The notes: generated by a model not told the origin, from the letters alone. Positions 37,531-48,078 are shown, counted from the first letter of the stretch. The stretch is 64,000 bases of DNA from an uncultured Myxococcales bacterium (GCA_903847385.1 CAINDO010000440.1:6129-70128); one strand, 5' to 3'. Numbers and translations: made by a program.

Positions 37531-38388
37531 ATGTTCACGCTGCACCCCACCCCCGCCGACTTCCTGAGCGCCGCCGAGGCGTTCCTGCTTCGGTCGCCCG
37601 TGGTGAATCAGCTCCCGCTGGCCATCGCGCGGCAGTGCCTCTCGACGCCGGAGCGCTACCCGGCCGGCGTGCGGTGCGCGACGCTGCACGACGCTTCCGG
37701 ACACCTGACGGGCGCGGCGGTGCAGACCGTGCCGTGGCCGGTGCTGCTGGCCGCCGGCACGGCCGAGGCGGCCCACGCGCTCGGTCGGCACTTCGCCGCC
37801 CTGGACCCCGCCCTGGCCGGTGCCAACGGACCGGACGACTCGGCCGCGGCCTTCGCCGCCGGTTTCGCCGAGGTCGCCGGCGTGCGCGTGGCGACGGACT
37901 ACGCGATGGGACTCTTCGAGCTGACCGAGGTCGCGCCCCTGCCCCGGCCGAGCGGCGCCTTCGTTCAGGCTGCGCCGGAGCACGCCGCCCTGCTGCAGGC
38001 CTGGCTGACGGCGTTCCGCGACGAGGCCACGCCGCAGGATCCCGCGCCCGCGCCCGAGGCCGGCCAACGCGCTGCCACGGGCGGCCGGGCCTGGCTCTGG
38101 TGCCTGCCGGACGCGACGCCCGTCGCCTTCGCCTACAACGGCCGCACCCTCGAGGGCTGGGCCTCCGTGGGGCCCGTGTACACGCCGCCGCACCTGCGCG
38201 GGCGCGGCTACGCCACGGCCCTGGTGGCCGACCTGAGCGCGCACCTGCTGCGCGACCACCGCGGCTGCACCCTGTTCACCAATCTGAGCAACGCGACCTC
38301 CAACGCCATTTACGAGCGGATCGGGTACCGACGCGTCGGGACCGCGCTCCGTCTGGCCTTCACCCCCGCGAGCGGACCCGCCCCATGA
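37531..38388 (+). CDS. GNAT-family N-acetyltransferase
   Basis: VYTPPHLRGRGYATALVADL is a GNAT motif A. The stop overlaps the next ATG. Confidence 0.6.
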   Translation: MFTLHPTPADFLSAAEAFLLRSPVVNQLPLAIARQCLSTPERYPAGVRCATLHDASGHLTGAAVQTVPWPVLLAAGTAEAAHALGRHFAALDPALAGANGPDDSAAAFAAGFAEVAGVRVATDYAMGLFELTEVAPLPRPSGAFVQAAPEHAALLQAWLTAFRDEATPQDPAPAPEAGQRAATGGRAWLWCLPDATPVAFAYNGRTLEGWASVGPVYTPPHLRGRGYATALVADLSAHLLRDHRGCTLFTNLSNATSNAIYERIGYRRVGTALRLAFTPASGPAP

Positions 38389-39356
38389 GCATCGTCCTGA
38401 AACCCGCCCCCCGCCGCTTCGCCATGCTCGGCGCGGCCGGCTTCATCGCGCCGCGCCACATGAAGGCGATCCACGACACCGGCAACGTGCTGGTCGCCGC
38501 CTGCGATCCCTACGACGGCGTGGGCATCCTCGATCGCTACTTCCCCGACTGCCGGTTCTTCACCGAGGTCGAGCGCTTCGACCGCCACCTGGAGAAGCTG
38601 CGGCGCCGCGCCCCCGAGGAGCGGGTGGAGATGGTCACCATCTGCACGCCCAACTACCTGCACGACGCCCACTGCCGCCTGGCCCTGCGCCTGGGCGCCG
38701 CGGCGCTGTGCGAGAAGCCCCTCGTGATCAGCCCCTGGAACCTCGACCAGCTCGCCGAGATGGAAGAAGAGCACGGCGGCCGCATCTACAACGTGTTGCA
38801 ACTGCGCCTGCACGACAACGTGCGCCGCCTGAAGGCGCAGCTCGACGCCGAGAAGAACCGCTCCAAGGTCGACATCGAGCTGACCTACGTGACGCGCCGC
38901 GGCCCCTGGTACCACCAGAGCTGGAAGGGCCACGCCGACCGCTCCGGCACGCTGGCCATGAACATCGGCATCCACTTCTTCGACATGCTGCTGTGGCTGT
39001 TCGGGGGCGTGGAGCGCAGCGTGGTGCACGTGCGCACGCCCACCCGCCTCGCCGGGTACGTCGAGCTCGAGTGGGCGCGGGTGAAGTGGTTCCTGAGCAT
39101 CGAGGTGGGCGACCTGCCCACGGGGTTCCTGGCGGCGGGCAAACACGCCCACCGCGGGCTGACCTTCGACGGCCAGGACTTCGACTTCTCCACCGGCTTC
39201 GACGACCTGCACACCAAGGTGTACCAGGACATCCTGTCCGGCGGCGGGTACGGCATCGAAGATGCTCGCCCGTCCATCGAGCTGGTGCATCAGGTGCGGA
39301 CCTGCGACCTCAGCCCGGTCGGTCCGGAGACCCACCCGCGGGTGCGCCAGATCTGA
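38385..39356 (+). CDS. Gfo/Idh/MocA-family NAD(P)-dependent oxidoreductase (WbpB-like sugar dehydrogenase type)
   Basis: FAMLGAAGFIAPRHMKAIHDTGNVLVAACD is the N-terminal Rossmann region of Gfo/Idh/MocA proteins. EKP..S. Confidence 0.7.
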   Translation: MSIVLKPAPRRFAMLGAAGFIAPRHMKAIHDTGNVLVAACDPYDGVGILDRYFPDCRFFTEVERFDRHLEKLRRRAPEERVEMVTICTPNYLHDAHCRLALRLGAAALCEKPLVISPWNLDQLAEMEEEHGGRIYNVLQLRLHDNVRRLKAQLDAEKNRSKVDIELTYVTRRGPWYHQSWKGHADRSGTLAMNIGIHFFDMLLWLFGGVERSVVHVRTPTRLAGYVELEWARVKWFLSIEVGDLPTGFLAAGKHAHRGLTFDGQDFDFSTGFDDLHTKVYQDILSGGGYGIEDARPSIELVHQVRTCDLSPVGPETHPRVRQI

Positions 39357-39378
39357 GCGCAACCGCGGCGGGTCCGGT

Positions 39379-42072
39379 TCAGCGCCGCGCGCGGCGCCGG
39401 CGGACGAGCAGGCCGGGCACGACGAGCAGCAGAAGCGCCGCCGAGGTGCCCGTGCGGCCGCCACCGAGTTCGCAGGCGCAGCCCGCGCCCGAGGTGCTCA
39501 GCGAGTCGTTGCCGCCGTCCGTATCACCCTCGAGGGCCGCGTCGGCGCGCGTGGCGTCGCCGGTGCCGCCGCCGATGTCGCCGGGGTTGCCCGTCACCGC
39601 GTCCGTCGTCGGGGGGGCCGCGTCCGTCGTCGGGGAGGCCGCGTCGGGCTCGCTCACGCCGGCGTCCGGCAGGGGCGGCTCGACGGGCGTCACCGAGTCG
39701 GCGCACTGCGCGCGGCCGTCGCGCTGCACGGTGCAGAGCTGGCCGGGGGGGCAGGTGATGTCGTTGCACGGATCGATCAGGCAGGTGCCGTCGATGCACA
39801 CGCGGCCCGTCGCGCAGGTGACGGCGAGGCAGAGGTCGCTCTCGCACTCGCCCAGGCGGCAGAACGTGTTCTCCGGGCACATCACGCCATAACACAGGTC
39901 GGGCACGCAGTTGCCGTCGTTGCAGCGCTGGTCGAGGCCGCAGGCGATGCCCGCGCAGCTGATCACGCACTCGCCGTCGCGGCAGAACTCGCCGGAGCCG
40001 CAGGTCACGCCGGTGCAGGGGTCCGCCTCGCAGCCGATCTCGCGGCAGCGCTGCTCGGCCTCGCAGCCCGTGGACAGGCAGTCGTCGGGCACGCACTGAC
40101 CGCCCCAGCAGATGAGCGGCGCCTCGCAGGTCACGCCCGCGCAGGGGTCCGTGCAGTTGCCGAGCTCGCAGTTCCAGCCGCGGGGGCACTCCGCGTACAC
40201 GCAGAGGTCCACGCAGAAGCCCTCCTCGCACTGGAAGCCGGTGGCGCACTCCACGCCGGCGCACGGGTCTTCACACACACCGTGGGCGCAGCGCTCGCCC
40301 TCGGGGCAGGCCGCCTCGTCGTCCGCGACGCCGTCGCAGTCGTTGTCCAGGCCGTCGCAGGCCTCGGCGGGCACGGAGGGTTCGCAGGTGCCGCAGGCGT
40401 TGCGCACGTTCTCGTCGATGTGGCCGTCGCAGTTGTCGTCCACGCCGTTGCAGATCTCGTCCAGGGGCTGGCGGACGGGCTCGCAGGCGATGCTGCCCTC
40501 GACGCAGGCGCCGATGCCGCGGGCGCAGAGGCCGCCGAGGCCCGTGGCGCAGGAGAACTCGCCGAGGTCCTCGTCGATCAGGTCGTCACAGTCGTCGTCG
40601 ACGCCGTTGCAGACCTCGGTGCGAGGGTTGTCCGGGCAGGCCTCGCAGGCGTCGCCGATCCCGTCGGCGTCCGCGTCGAGCTGCTCGCGGTTGGGCGACG
40701 CGGCGCAGTTGTCGCAGGCGTCGCCGATGCCGTCGCCGTCCGCGTCGAGCTGATCGCGGTTGGCGACGTTCGGGCAGCGGTCCTCGGTGTCGCAGACGCC
40801 GTCGCTGTCCGTGTCGTTGCAGCCGCCGCCCAGGGAGCGCTCCAGCACCAGGATGGAGTAGGCCTGTTCGGCCCGCCCGTCCCACTGCGCGTTGAAGGGG
40901 CCGGGCTGGAAGAACCCGCTGTCGTCCTGAAGCGTGATCAGGGTGTAGGCGTAGTCGTAGTACCAGCCGCGCAACAGGTTGGGCGCGTCGTAGTAGCCGA
41001 CGCCCTCGACGCCGAACGCGGGCACCCGCGTGTCCGCCGCCGGGTCGCGGTGGTTGAGCCGGAAGGCCGCCGCCGGCGCGCCGGCGGGGTCGAGCATGCC
41101 CAGTTCATCGACGGACACGTTGCCCGCCAACGGCGCGATGCCGGCGTCCTGCAGGAACTTGAAGCCCTTGGCCGAGGACCACAGGAAGTACTGGTAGCTG
41201 TTGGCCCAGCCGCCGCTCGCCGCCGAGGTCGACTCGTAGTTGTAGTGATTGCGCAGCCAGCGCAGGTACCCCTGCACCGAGGGGTCGTTCAGATCGGCGC
41301 CGCCGATGATCTGGCCCCACATGCCCGAGGCGGTCTGCTGGTAGCTGCAGGCGTAGCTGTCGTGAATCGAGCCACCGTTGTAGCCGTGGCACTTCTCCAG
41401 CTCGGGCTCCAGGTCGCCGGCCTTGCCGAAGGTCGTGTAGGCCGTGCGTGTGTTCGCGGCCAGGGTGTTCAGCGTGGCGAGGCGCGCGGCGTCCCCCGTG
41501 ACGGGATCGCTGAAGACGCCCTTGACCGAGGCCAGACCCGCCATCACGAGCTGCGTGGTCGAGGAGTCCGGACAGGAGCCGTCCGTGTAACACCAGTAAC
41601 CCTCGGCGCCCTGGTTCGCGGCGATGCGGTCGAACGTCAGGGCGACGGCGGTGGCCGCCTCCTGGGCCATCGGCCCGCCCGTGCGCAGGTAGACCGACAG
41701 CGCCATCAGGTCGGCGCCGTCCCGGTAGGCCGAGAAGCTCGTGTCCGGGCTGCCGGCGCGCTCGATGACGAACGCCATGATGGCGTCGATCCGGGCCTTG
41801 TCCGCGGGCAGGGCGTTGCTGTAGCCCAGGGGCGGCGAGTTGGGATCGGCGCTCTCGCGCTTCTCCAGCAGGGCCAGGGCGCTCAGGCCCGCGCCCTCAC
41901 CCGCCGTGCTCGGGTTCTGGAAGACGCCGTTCTGGTCCATCCACCGCAGGCCGCGGTCGATGGACGTCGCCACATCCCGGCTGAAGTTGGTGACCTGGGC
42001 GAAGGCGCCGTGACCGGTCGCGAGCACACCCACGGCGGCGAGGGCCGCCCATGTCAGCGTGTGGGTCTTCAT
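39379..42072 (-). CDS. Secreted multidomain protein: alpha-alpha toroid-like N-terminal domain, TSP3 repeats, about 5 MopE-type CNGxDDDCDGxxDE motifs, Cys-rich EGF-like modules, MYXO-CTERM tail
   Basis: Signal peptide MKTHTLTWAALAAVGVLATGHGAFA. DTDSDGVCDTEDRCPNVANRDQLDADGDGIGDACDNC. EVCNGVDDDCDDLIDED. C-terminus GAGCACELGGG..AALLLLVVPGLLVRRRRARR. AGGAGG ribosome-binding site. Confidence 0.7.
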   Translation of the reverse strand: MKTHTLTWAALAAVGVLATGHGAFAQVTNFSRDVATSIDRGLRWMDQNGVFQNPSTAGEGAGLSALALLEKRESADPNSPPLGYSNALPADKARIDAIMAFVIERAGSPDTSFSAYRDGADLMALSVYLRTGGPMAQEAATAVALTFDRIAANQGAEGYWCYTDGSCPDSSTTQLVMAGLASVKGVFSDPVTGDAARLATLNTLAANTRTAYTTFGKAGDLEPELEKCHGYNGGSIHDSYACSYQQTASGMWGQIIGGADLNDPSVQGYLRWLRNHYNYESTSAASGGWANSYQYFLWSSAKGFKFLQDAGIAPLAGNVSVDELGMLDPAGAPAAAFRLNHRDPAADTRVPAFGVEGVGYYDAPNLLRGWYYDYAYTLITLQDDSGFFQPGPFNAQWDGRAEQAYSILVLERSLGGGCNDTDSDGVCDTEDRCPNVANRDQLDADGDGIGDACDNCAASPNREQLDADADGIGDACEACPDNPRTEVCNGVDDDCDDLIDEDLGEFSCATGLGGLCARGIGACVEGSIACEPVRQPLDEICNGVDDNCDGHIDENVRNACGTCEPSVPAEACDGLDNDCDGVADDEAACPEGERCAHGVCEDPCAGVECATGFQCEEGFCVDLCVYAECPRGWNCELGNCTDPCAGVTCEAPLICWGGQCVPDDCLSTGCEAEQRCREIGCEADPCTGVTCGSGEFCRDGECVISCAGIACGLDQRCNDGNCVPDLCYGVMCPENTFCRLGECESDLCLAVTCATGRVCIDGTCLIDPCNDITCPPGQLCTVQRDGRAQCADSVTPVEPPLPDAGVSEPDAASPTTDAAPPTTDAVTGNPGDIGGGTGDATRADAALEGDTDGGNDSLSTSGAGCACELGGGRTGTSAALLLLVVPGLLVRRRRARR

Positions 42073-42202
42073 TCTGCCTCCTGCTTTCTGTCCCCGCGGG
42101 ACGCGTATCCGTAAATCCACGGATTCGCCTTACGGAGGACTGGGTAGAAAACCTGAGGCGTTCTCTGCAAATGGCAAGGGCCCGGACGTGACCGGGAACA
42201 AG

Positions 42203-43147
42203 TCAGCGGGCGGCAATCCACGCTTTGAAGGGCGCGCTGGCGGCGAACGTGCGGACGAGCGGGGCCGCTTTTGTGATCGTCTCGGTGCGCCAGGCCTCGA
42301 CCGCGCCGGCCTCCGTCAGGATCTCGCCCAGCGTGCGCGACCCCTCGACCTCCAGGAAGGCCCGGACCTCGTCCAGGATGCCCGCGCGGATCTCCGGGCG
42401 GGCCAGATTGTGGGCGATCAGGCCGGGCACGATCGCCAGCAGCTCGTCCACGGGGAGCTTCATGGCCTGCGCCCACACGCGCCCGGTCTTCTGCTTCAGG
42501 GCCTCGTCGAAGCCGGTCTGGTTCATGCGCCCGAGCTTCACGCCCGTGTCCGGAGCGGCCAGGAGCGTGACCACGCGGTCCATCACCACGTTCATGGAGC
42601 TGGCGATGAACGTGCTCGCCGCCGCCTTGAGCTGCTGCTCCATCTGCGCGCCCAGCCCGCCGAGGATGCCCTTGCCCAGGCCGCTGGCGAACCCCACGGC
42701 GCCGCGCCCCATGGCCCCGAGCACGCCGCCGCCGGAGCCGCCCGGCTTGAGCGTCTGCAGGAACCGGTCGAGGGTCTCCTCGACCACGCTGCGGACCAGG
42801 TGCGTCACGGCCTCCTGCTTCACCAGCCCCTCGAGGAACGAGCGCTCGAGGCGGACGGGGCGGCCGGCCAGGGCACGCAGCGTCTCTTTGCCCTGCGGCG
42901 TGAGCCAGTCGCCCACCCGGTCGCCGCGAGCCTCGGCGCGGGCCTGCTCGCGGTCCAGGAACGGCCGCACGTGGCGGGCGAGGGCGGCCTCTGTCATGGC
43001 CTCGCTCAGCGCGCGATCCACGTGCGCCAGGAGCAGTTCGGGCTCGATGAACGTGCGCACGGGCTGCTCGAGGGCGAAGTCGAACGCCAGGCCGACCAGG
43101 GTCTCCGTCTTGGTCTCGTCGGCCAGCGCGGCCAGCAGCTTCTTCAT
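42203..43147 (-). CDS. Hypothetical cytoplasmic protein
   Basis: MKKLLAALADE.. has good composition. A Gly-rich internal loop. GGAG ribosome-binding site. Confidence 0.5.
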   Translation of the reverse strand: MKKLLAALADETKTETLVGLAFDFALEQPVRTFIEPELLLAHVDRALSEAMTEAALARHVRPFLDREQARAEARGDRVGDWLTPQGKETLRALAGRPVRLERSFLEGLVKQEAVTHLVRSVVEETLDRFLQTLKPGGSGGGVLGAMGRGAVGFASGLGKGILGGLGAQMEQQLKAAASTFIASSMNVVMDRVVTLLAAPDTGVKLGRMNQTGFDEALKQKTGRVWAQAMKLPVDELLAIVPGLIAHNLARPEIRAGILDEVRAFLEVEGSRTLGEILTEAGAVEAWRTETITKAAPLVRTFAASAPFKAWIAAR

Positions 43148-43254
43148 GGGGACGGCTCCATCGTGGGGCAGAAACACAGGGGAAAGCACCGCGCGGTGCG
43201 GTCCGAGGTCGAAGTGACGTTGACCCACCGCGAAGATCCTCGCAAGGTGATGGC

Positions 43255-44340
43255 GTGCACAATCGCCGGAAATCCACTCGCGCGCGGACGCCGCTCCGCT
43301 GGCTGCTGCCCCTCTGGGGCCTCGGCGCGGGGTGTTTCATCGATCTGCCCGAGCGCCTGACGGACGGTGGCGTGGAAGGCCACGAGGCGGACATCCTCTT
43401 CGGGATGGCTCCCGGCACGACCCCCGACTCGCCCGGCACGAAGCCGCCACGAACGGCCGACCCGGATCTGGGCGCATCGGGCGTCGGGCCGGCGCCCCCA
43501 CCGGCCACTCAGGCGCCTTCGGGTGGTCCGGAGCCGCCGACGATGGCGCCGACGGGGGCGCCCTCGGACCCGCCCCTCCCCTGCGAGCCAGGCGTTTGCC
43601 ATGCCTGCGACGGCGATCGCCTCGTGCCCTCGGAGAACGACGCCCGATGCGACCCGGTGGACTGCCTGCCGTTCCCGCTCGTCATGCTGGAGCAGGACGC
43701 CGAGACCGGGACGGACGTGTGCAATGGGTACGCGAGCCGATTGGCCAGCCTCTGCGATCCGTCGGGCGTCTGCCGAGTGGCCTCCGCGGAGACGTGTACG
43801 AGCACCGACGGCGTCCCCATCGAATTCGTGCGCGCCTCGTCGTGCCAGCACGTCGAGAACTGCATGCCGGGTGTCATCGCCCGCCTCGTGAGCATCCCGG
43901 TGGGACAACCGTGCATCGGGGTGGCCGGCGTCTGCGACGGTCTCGGGAACTGCATCGAGATCCCGAGCGGCGGCAACGCCGCCGAGGTCTGCGAGCACCT
44001 GCCCTTGAGATCGACGATTGCCGGCGCGCCTCAGACCTTCTGCGAAGCCCAGAACCTCGACGCGAACGTGTGTCGCTTCGCGCTTCAGCTGGGTTCGATC
44101 GAGGCCGACCCGAATCCGGCCGACCTCAACCCCGAAGTGAATTGCGGGCACTTCTGTGCGCGCTACGGCTGGACGTGCGTCGCCGCAAGGGAGAACGAGC
44201 GCTGGAACCAGTGCGAGCCCCGTGGCGGGAACGTCGACGACGCCATCGTCGAGAACGGCTGCGACCGCACCATCGTTTTCGATCGGAACGACGACGTCGA
44301 CGTGTTCAACGGAATTCTGTGCGAGTGTCGCCTGCAATGA
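43255..44340 (+). CDS. Cys-rich secreted lipoprotein
   Basis: Lipobox WGLGAGC. A Pro-rich linker. Many paired Cys. The stop overlaps the next ATG. Confidence 0.55.
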   Translation: MHNRRKSTRARTPLRWLLPLWGLGAGCFIDLPERLTDGGVEGHEADILFGMAPGTTPDSPGTKPPRTADPDLGASGVGPAPPPATQAPSGGPEPPTMAPTGAPSDPPLPCEPGVCHACDGDRLVPSENDARCDPVDCLPFPLVMLEQDAETGTDVCNGYASRLASLCDPSGVCRVASAETCTSTDGVPIEFVRASSCQHVENCMPGVIARLVSIPVGQPCIGVAGVCDGLGNCIEIPSGGNAAEVCEHLPLRSTIAGAPQTFCEAQNLDANVCRFALQLGSIEADPNPADLNPEVNCGHFCARYGWTCVAARENERWNQCEPRGGNVDDAIVENGCDRTIVFDRNDDVDVFNGILCECRLQ

Positions 44341-45521
44341 GATCCCTCTGCCTCACGTCGTTCCTGTTCTCGTGGGCGACCCTGGCGCACGCCCAGGTCC
44401 CCTGCCCGCCGCTCACCGTGCGCGTGGACAACGACGCGCCCGGCTCGGGGTACTCCGAGGAGCGGCCCGAGAACTGGGAGAGCCGCAACGTCAACCCGTG
44501 CGCCCAGACCTATCGCTACCTGAGCCACACCGTCGGGGACGGCTCGCGCATCGGCAAGGCCATCTGGCGGCCGAACATCGCCGCGGACGGCTGGTACAGC
44601 GTGGAGATCAGCTACCGGGCCACGGAGAACCGCTCGGACCACGTGCGTTATCTGTTGCACGACGATCTGGGCGGCACGCGGGAACACTTCGAGAACCAGG
44701 CGCACGCGGGGGACTGCACGCGGGTGGACGTCGGCGAGATCTTCTGCCGCGTCGGCGGCGAGTGCCGCGTGGTGCTGGACGGCAACGACGGCGAGTCGCC
44801 CGCCGCGGACGAGACCGTGTTCCGCCGCACGCGCTGCGACGCCGGCGAGCCGCCCCCGCCGGGACCGTGCGACGGCATCCGCAACTCCGCGGGCTTCGAG
44901 GTCTGCGCCGAGACGCCGACGACCTGCGCGGGCGTGTTCAGCAACGGCGCCGGCTGCGTGGCCTACTGCGCGGCGGCCGGCATGGTCTGCCGCGCGCGGT
45001 TCGGCGGGGAGCCCGGGTGCATGCAGGAGCCGAACGCCCCCCTGGATTGCGGTGCCGACAACGGCCACGCCTCGGACTGGTGCGAGTGCGAGGCCCCGCC
45101 CGCCCCGCCGCCACCACCCCCGCCCCCGCCGGACGCCGGGGCGCCGCCGACCTCGCCCCCCCCGCCCCCGCCCGATGCGAGCCCCCTGCCCGGGGGAGAC
45201 GCCGAACCGAGCGCCGCGGCGGACGCGGTCGTCCCGGGTCGGCTCGACGCTTCGACGACCGACGACGCGGGGCGCTTCGCCGACCCCGAGGCCGACGCCG
45301 ACCCGGCGCGCGCCGACGCCGCCGCTCCGCCCAACCGCGGCATCCTGCTCGGCGATGCCGGCGGCAGCGACGCGGAGTCGCAGCAGTACGACGCGCCGGG
45401 GTGCGTCGTCACGGGCCGGGCCGGTCGCGGGGCCGGCGCCTGGGCAGCGCTGCTCGGCCTCGCCGGCCTCTTCAGGGCGCGAAGAGTCGCCAGATCGAGA
45501 AGCCCAGGCCCCCGGCGATGA
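44337..45521 (+). CDS. Secreted protein with an N-terminal beta-rich domain, a poly-Pro linker and a MYXO-CTERM-like tail
   Basis: Signal peptide MRSLCLTSFLFSWATLAHAQ. PPAPPPPPPPPPDAGAPPTSPPPPPPD. C-terminal GCVVTG..AALLGLAGLFRARR. Confidence 0.55.
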   Translation: MRSLCLTSFLFSWATLAHAQVPCPPLTVRVDNDAPGSGYSEERPENWESRNVNPCAQTYRYLSHTVGDGSRIGKAIWRPNIAADGWYSVEISYRATENRSDHVRYLLHDDLGGTREHFENQAHAGDCTRVDVGEIFCRVGGECRVVLDGNDGESPAADETVFRRTRCDAGEPPPPGPCDGIRNSAGFEVCAETPTTCAGVFSNGAGCVAYCAAAGMVCRARFGGEPGCMQEPNAPLDCGADNGHASDWCECEAPPAPPPPPPPPPDAGAPPTSPPPPPPDASPLPGGDAEPSAAADAVVPGRLDASTTDDAGRFADPEADADPARADAAAPPNRGILLGDAGGSDAESQQYDAPGCVVTGRAGRGAGAWAALLGLAGLFRARRVARSRSPGPRR

Positions 45522-45574
45522 CGAACACCGCCAGGACGACCCAGCGCCCCTGAACGCGCTGGCCACTCATCGCG

Positions 45575-46402
45575 TCAGAACCGGAAGTCGAAGGTGGCCT
45601 GGGCGCCGCCGGGCGTCGGCGTGACGCCGGCCCGCGGGGCGCCGTCGCGACCGCCGCGCTCGCCCGTCAGCAGCACCACGACGCCGGCCACGACCGCCGC
45701 ACCGGCGCCGCCGAAGAAGATGTCCGCCGCCAGGGCGCGCTGCTGACCGCGGTCGCGCAGGTCGCGCTTCTCCACGATGTCGCCGCTGTCCGTGAAGGCG
45801 TGCTCGTCGTCCTCGGCGAGGCCGCCGAAGATGCCCCCGGCGACACCCAGCGCCGCACCGAGCCCCACCAGGCCCCAGCCCACGGCCAGGCGCGTCGTGG
45901 ACAGCCCGCCGTCGGAACCGGACCGCGCGTCCGCCCCGGCGTTCGGGGTCGCTTCGGCCGTCGACGCCGGCGCCGGCGCCGGACGGGAAGCGGGCGCGCT
46001 CGCCGCCACCGCGGCCGCCGCCTCCCGCTGCGCGCGGAGCTCCTGGATGCGCTGCGTGGCCTTGGTCACGGCCTCGGGATCGGCGCCCGGGTCCATGATG
46101 TAGCGCCGGTAATACTCCGTGGCGATCTCCGGATCGCGGACCTGCTGGTCGTAGATCACCGCCACGTTGTAGAGAATCGCGGGCTCGGCCACGAGCTGGT
46201 GGGCCTGCAGGTAGAGGCGGATGGCGTCCTGGTACTTGCCCTCGGCGTACTTCGCCTGAGCCTCGGCTGCCAGGGCCTCGACCTTCTTCACCTGATCGTC
46301 GGCCGTGGCGGGCGCCGCGGGCTGGGCCACGACCGGGGCCGGCAGCGCCAGCGCCACGGCGACCCACATGCAGCCCATCCGGTAGACCGGCTTGCTCACC
46401 AT
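45575..46402 (-). CDS. TPR-like secreted or periplasmic protein with a Gly-rich C-terminal region ending in Phe
   Basis: Signal peptide. YAEGKYQDAIRLYLQAHQL..ILYNVAVIYDQ are TPR-like helices. AGGAGG ribosome-binding site. Confidence 0.55.
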   Translation of the reverse strand: MVSKPVYRMGCMWVAVALALPAPVVAQPAAPATADDQVKKVEALAAEAQAKYAEGKYQDAIRLYLQAHQLVAEPAILYNVAVIYDQQVRDPEIATEYYRRYIMDPGADPEAVTKATQRIQELRAQREAAAAVAASAPASRPAPAPASTAEATPNAGADARSGSDGGLSTTRLAVGWGLVGLGAALGVAGGIFGGLAEDDEHAFTDSGDIVEKRDLRDRGQQRALAADIFFGGAGAAVVAGVVVLLTGERGGRDGAPRAGVTPTPGGAQATFDFRF

Positions 46403-46545
46403 CGGGAATCCTCCTGCATCACTCGTCCACACACAGCGTGCCATCGTAAACGCGGTCGACGCCGGGGGCCAGAATCCGCACCGAAAACCCGAATTCTTGA
46501 CAGGGTTCATCACCATGGGTTCGATGCCATAGGGAAAAAGGAGGA

Positions 46546-48078
46546 ATGCGCATGTCGAGTCGGACGCGTCGTCGTGGATTGTTCATGGGGCTCGCATTGG
46601 CCGGAGCCGCCGGGTGTTCCGCCGTGGTCGACTTCGACCAGTGCTCGACCAACGAGGACTGCAAGGCCGGCCAACTCTGCGATCCTCAGAGCCACGGTTG
46701 CTACGACGGCGAGGCCACGGGCGGCACTGGCGGGCAAGGCGCCGGCGGCGAGGCCACGGGCGGCAACGGCGGACAGGGCGCGGGCGGCGCGGTGAACCCC
46801 GCGGGCAAGGACTTCGGCGAGGCCTGCGAGCGCGACGTCGAGTGCAGGAGCAGCTTCTGCTCCCCGAACGACGCACGCTGCACGCGCGAGTGCGCTCAGG
46901 ACAACGACTGCCCGGGCGAGGCCAGCCTGGTGCGCTGCGCCGACGGCGCCTGCGCCTTCAACATCGCCTCGGCCCTCCCCGAGCCGGTCAAGGTCGGTTT
47001 CCTCTACGTCGGGCCCGTGGCCGACTTCGGCTGGACGAAGACCCACGACGACGGCCGCAAGGCGCTCGAGCGCTTCTTCACGGACAAGGGCATCGCCGTC
47101 GAGACGACCTTCGAGCCGGCCGTGGCGCCCGAGGCCGCGCCCTCGGTCATCGACAACATGCTGGCCAACGAGGTCGACGTGGTCGTCGGCACGAGCTTCG
47201 ACTTCGTCCCGGCCCTTCAGGAGGCCTCCGGGGCGCACCCCCACGTGCGTTTCCTGTCCTGCTCCGGCTTCGTGACCGCGGACGAGAAGGACAAGAACCT
47301 CGGCTCCTACTTCGGCAAGATGCAGCAGGCCGTGTACCTGGCCGGCAAGATGGCCGCCAAGGCCAGCAAAACCAAGGTGGTCGGCGTCATCGGCTCGGTG
47401 CCCATCCCCGAGCTCGTCCGCCACATCAACGCCTTCGCCATCGGCGCGCGGCAGGAGAAGCCGGACATCGAGGTCCAGGTCCGCTGGGTGGACGCCTTCT
47501 TCGCCCCCGACAAGGAGGAGGCCGCCGCCGAGGAGCTCATCGCCGCCGGCGCGGACGTCATCTGGTCCTCCACGGACACCCAGATCGCCATGCAGGTGGC
47601 CAAGCGCAGCCAGACGGCGGCCGGCGACCCGGTCTACGCGCTCGGCAACGACAACCCCAACGCCTGCGACTTCGCGCCGGACATCTGCATCACCACGCCT
47701 TACTGGAACTGGGGCCCCGTGCTCATCCAGCAGGTGCAGGGCATGCTCGACGGCACCTGGGACTACCGAAACCTCATCTGGGAGGGCATCAAGGGCGACA
47801 GCGAGGAGAGCATGGTCTACCTTGCGCCCGTGAACGGCGACATCCTGCCCAATGCCGCGCTGGACGTGGAGACCCTCATCCAGCAGATGGCGCAGGGCAC
47901 GCTCGACCCGTTCGATGGTCCCTTGAACGACAACACGGGGCGCGAACGCGTGGCCGCCGGCGAGCGCGTCTCGGACTCCGAGTCGCTGAGCATGTGCTGG
48001 TTCGCCGAGGGCATCTTCGAGCCCGGCACGAACCATATGCCGGCCACCGTGCCCCCCTTGTGCGACGGCACCCGCTAG
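46546..48078 (+). CDS. BMP-family (PnrA-like) ABC-transporter substrate-binding lipoprotein fused to an N-terminal Cys-rich module and a Gly-rich linker
   Basis: Lipobox LALAGAAGC. KVGFLYVGPVADFGWTKTHDDGRKALE matches BMP/Med family substrate-binding proteins. Confidence 0.65.
   Translation: MRMSSRTRRRGLFMGLALAGAAGCSAVVDFDQCSTNEDCKAGQLCDPQSHGCYDGEATGGTGGQGAGGEATGGNGGQGAGGAVNPAGKDFGEACERDVECRSSFCSPNDARCTRECAQDNDCPGEASLVRCADGACAFNIASALPEPVKVGFLYVGPVADFGWTKTHDDGRKALERFFTDKGIAVETTFEPAVAPEAAPSVIDNMLANEVDVVVGTSFDFVPALQEASGAHPHVRFLSCSGFVTADEKDKNLGSYFGKMQQAVYLAGKMAAKASKTKVVGVIGSVPIPELVRHINAFAIGARQEKPDIEVQVRWVDAFFAPDKEEAAAEELIAAGADVIWSSTDTQIAMQVAKRSQTAAGDPVYALGNDNPNACDFAPDICITTPYWNWGPVLIQQVQGMLDGTWDYRNLIWEGIKGDSEESMVYLAPVNGDILPNAALDVETLIQQMAQGTLDPFDGPLNDNTGRERVAAGERVSDSESLSMCWFAEGIFEPGTNHMPATVPPLCDGTR

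Noticed and set aside
39262-42114. 950-aa plus-strand ORF antisense to the MopE/MYXO-CTERM gene
   Set aside because: Ala/Gly/Val/Arg low-complexity translation. The minus strand encodes recognisable TSP3 and MopE motifs and a sorting tail.
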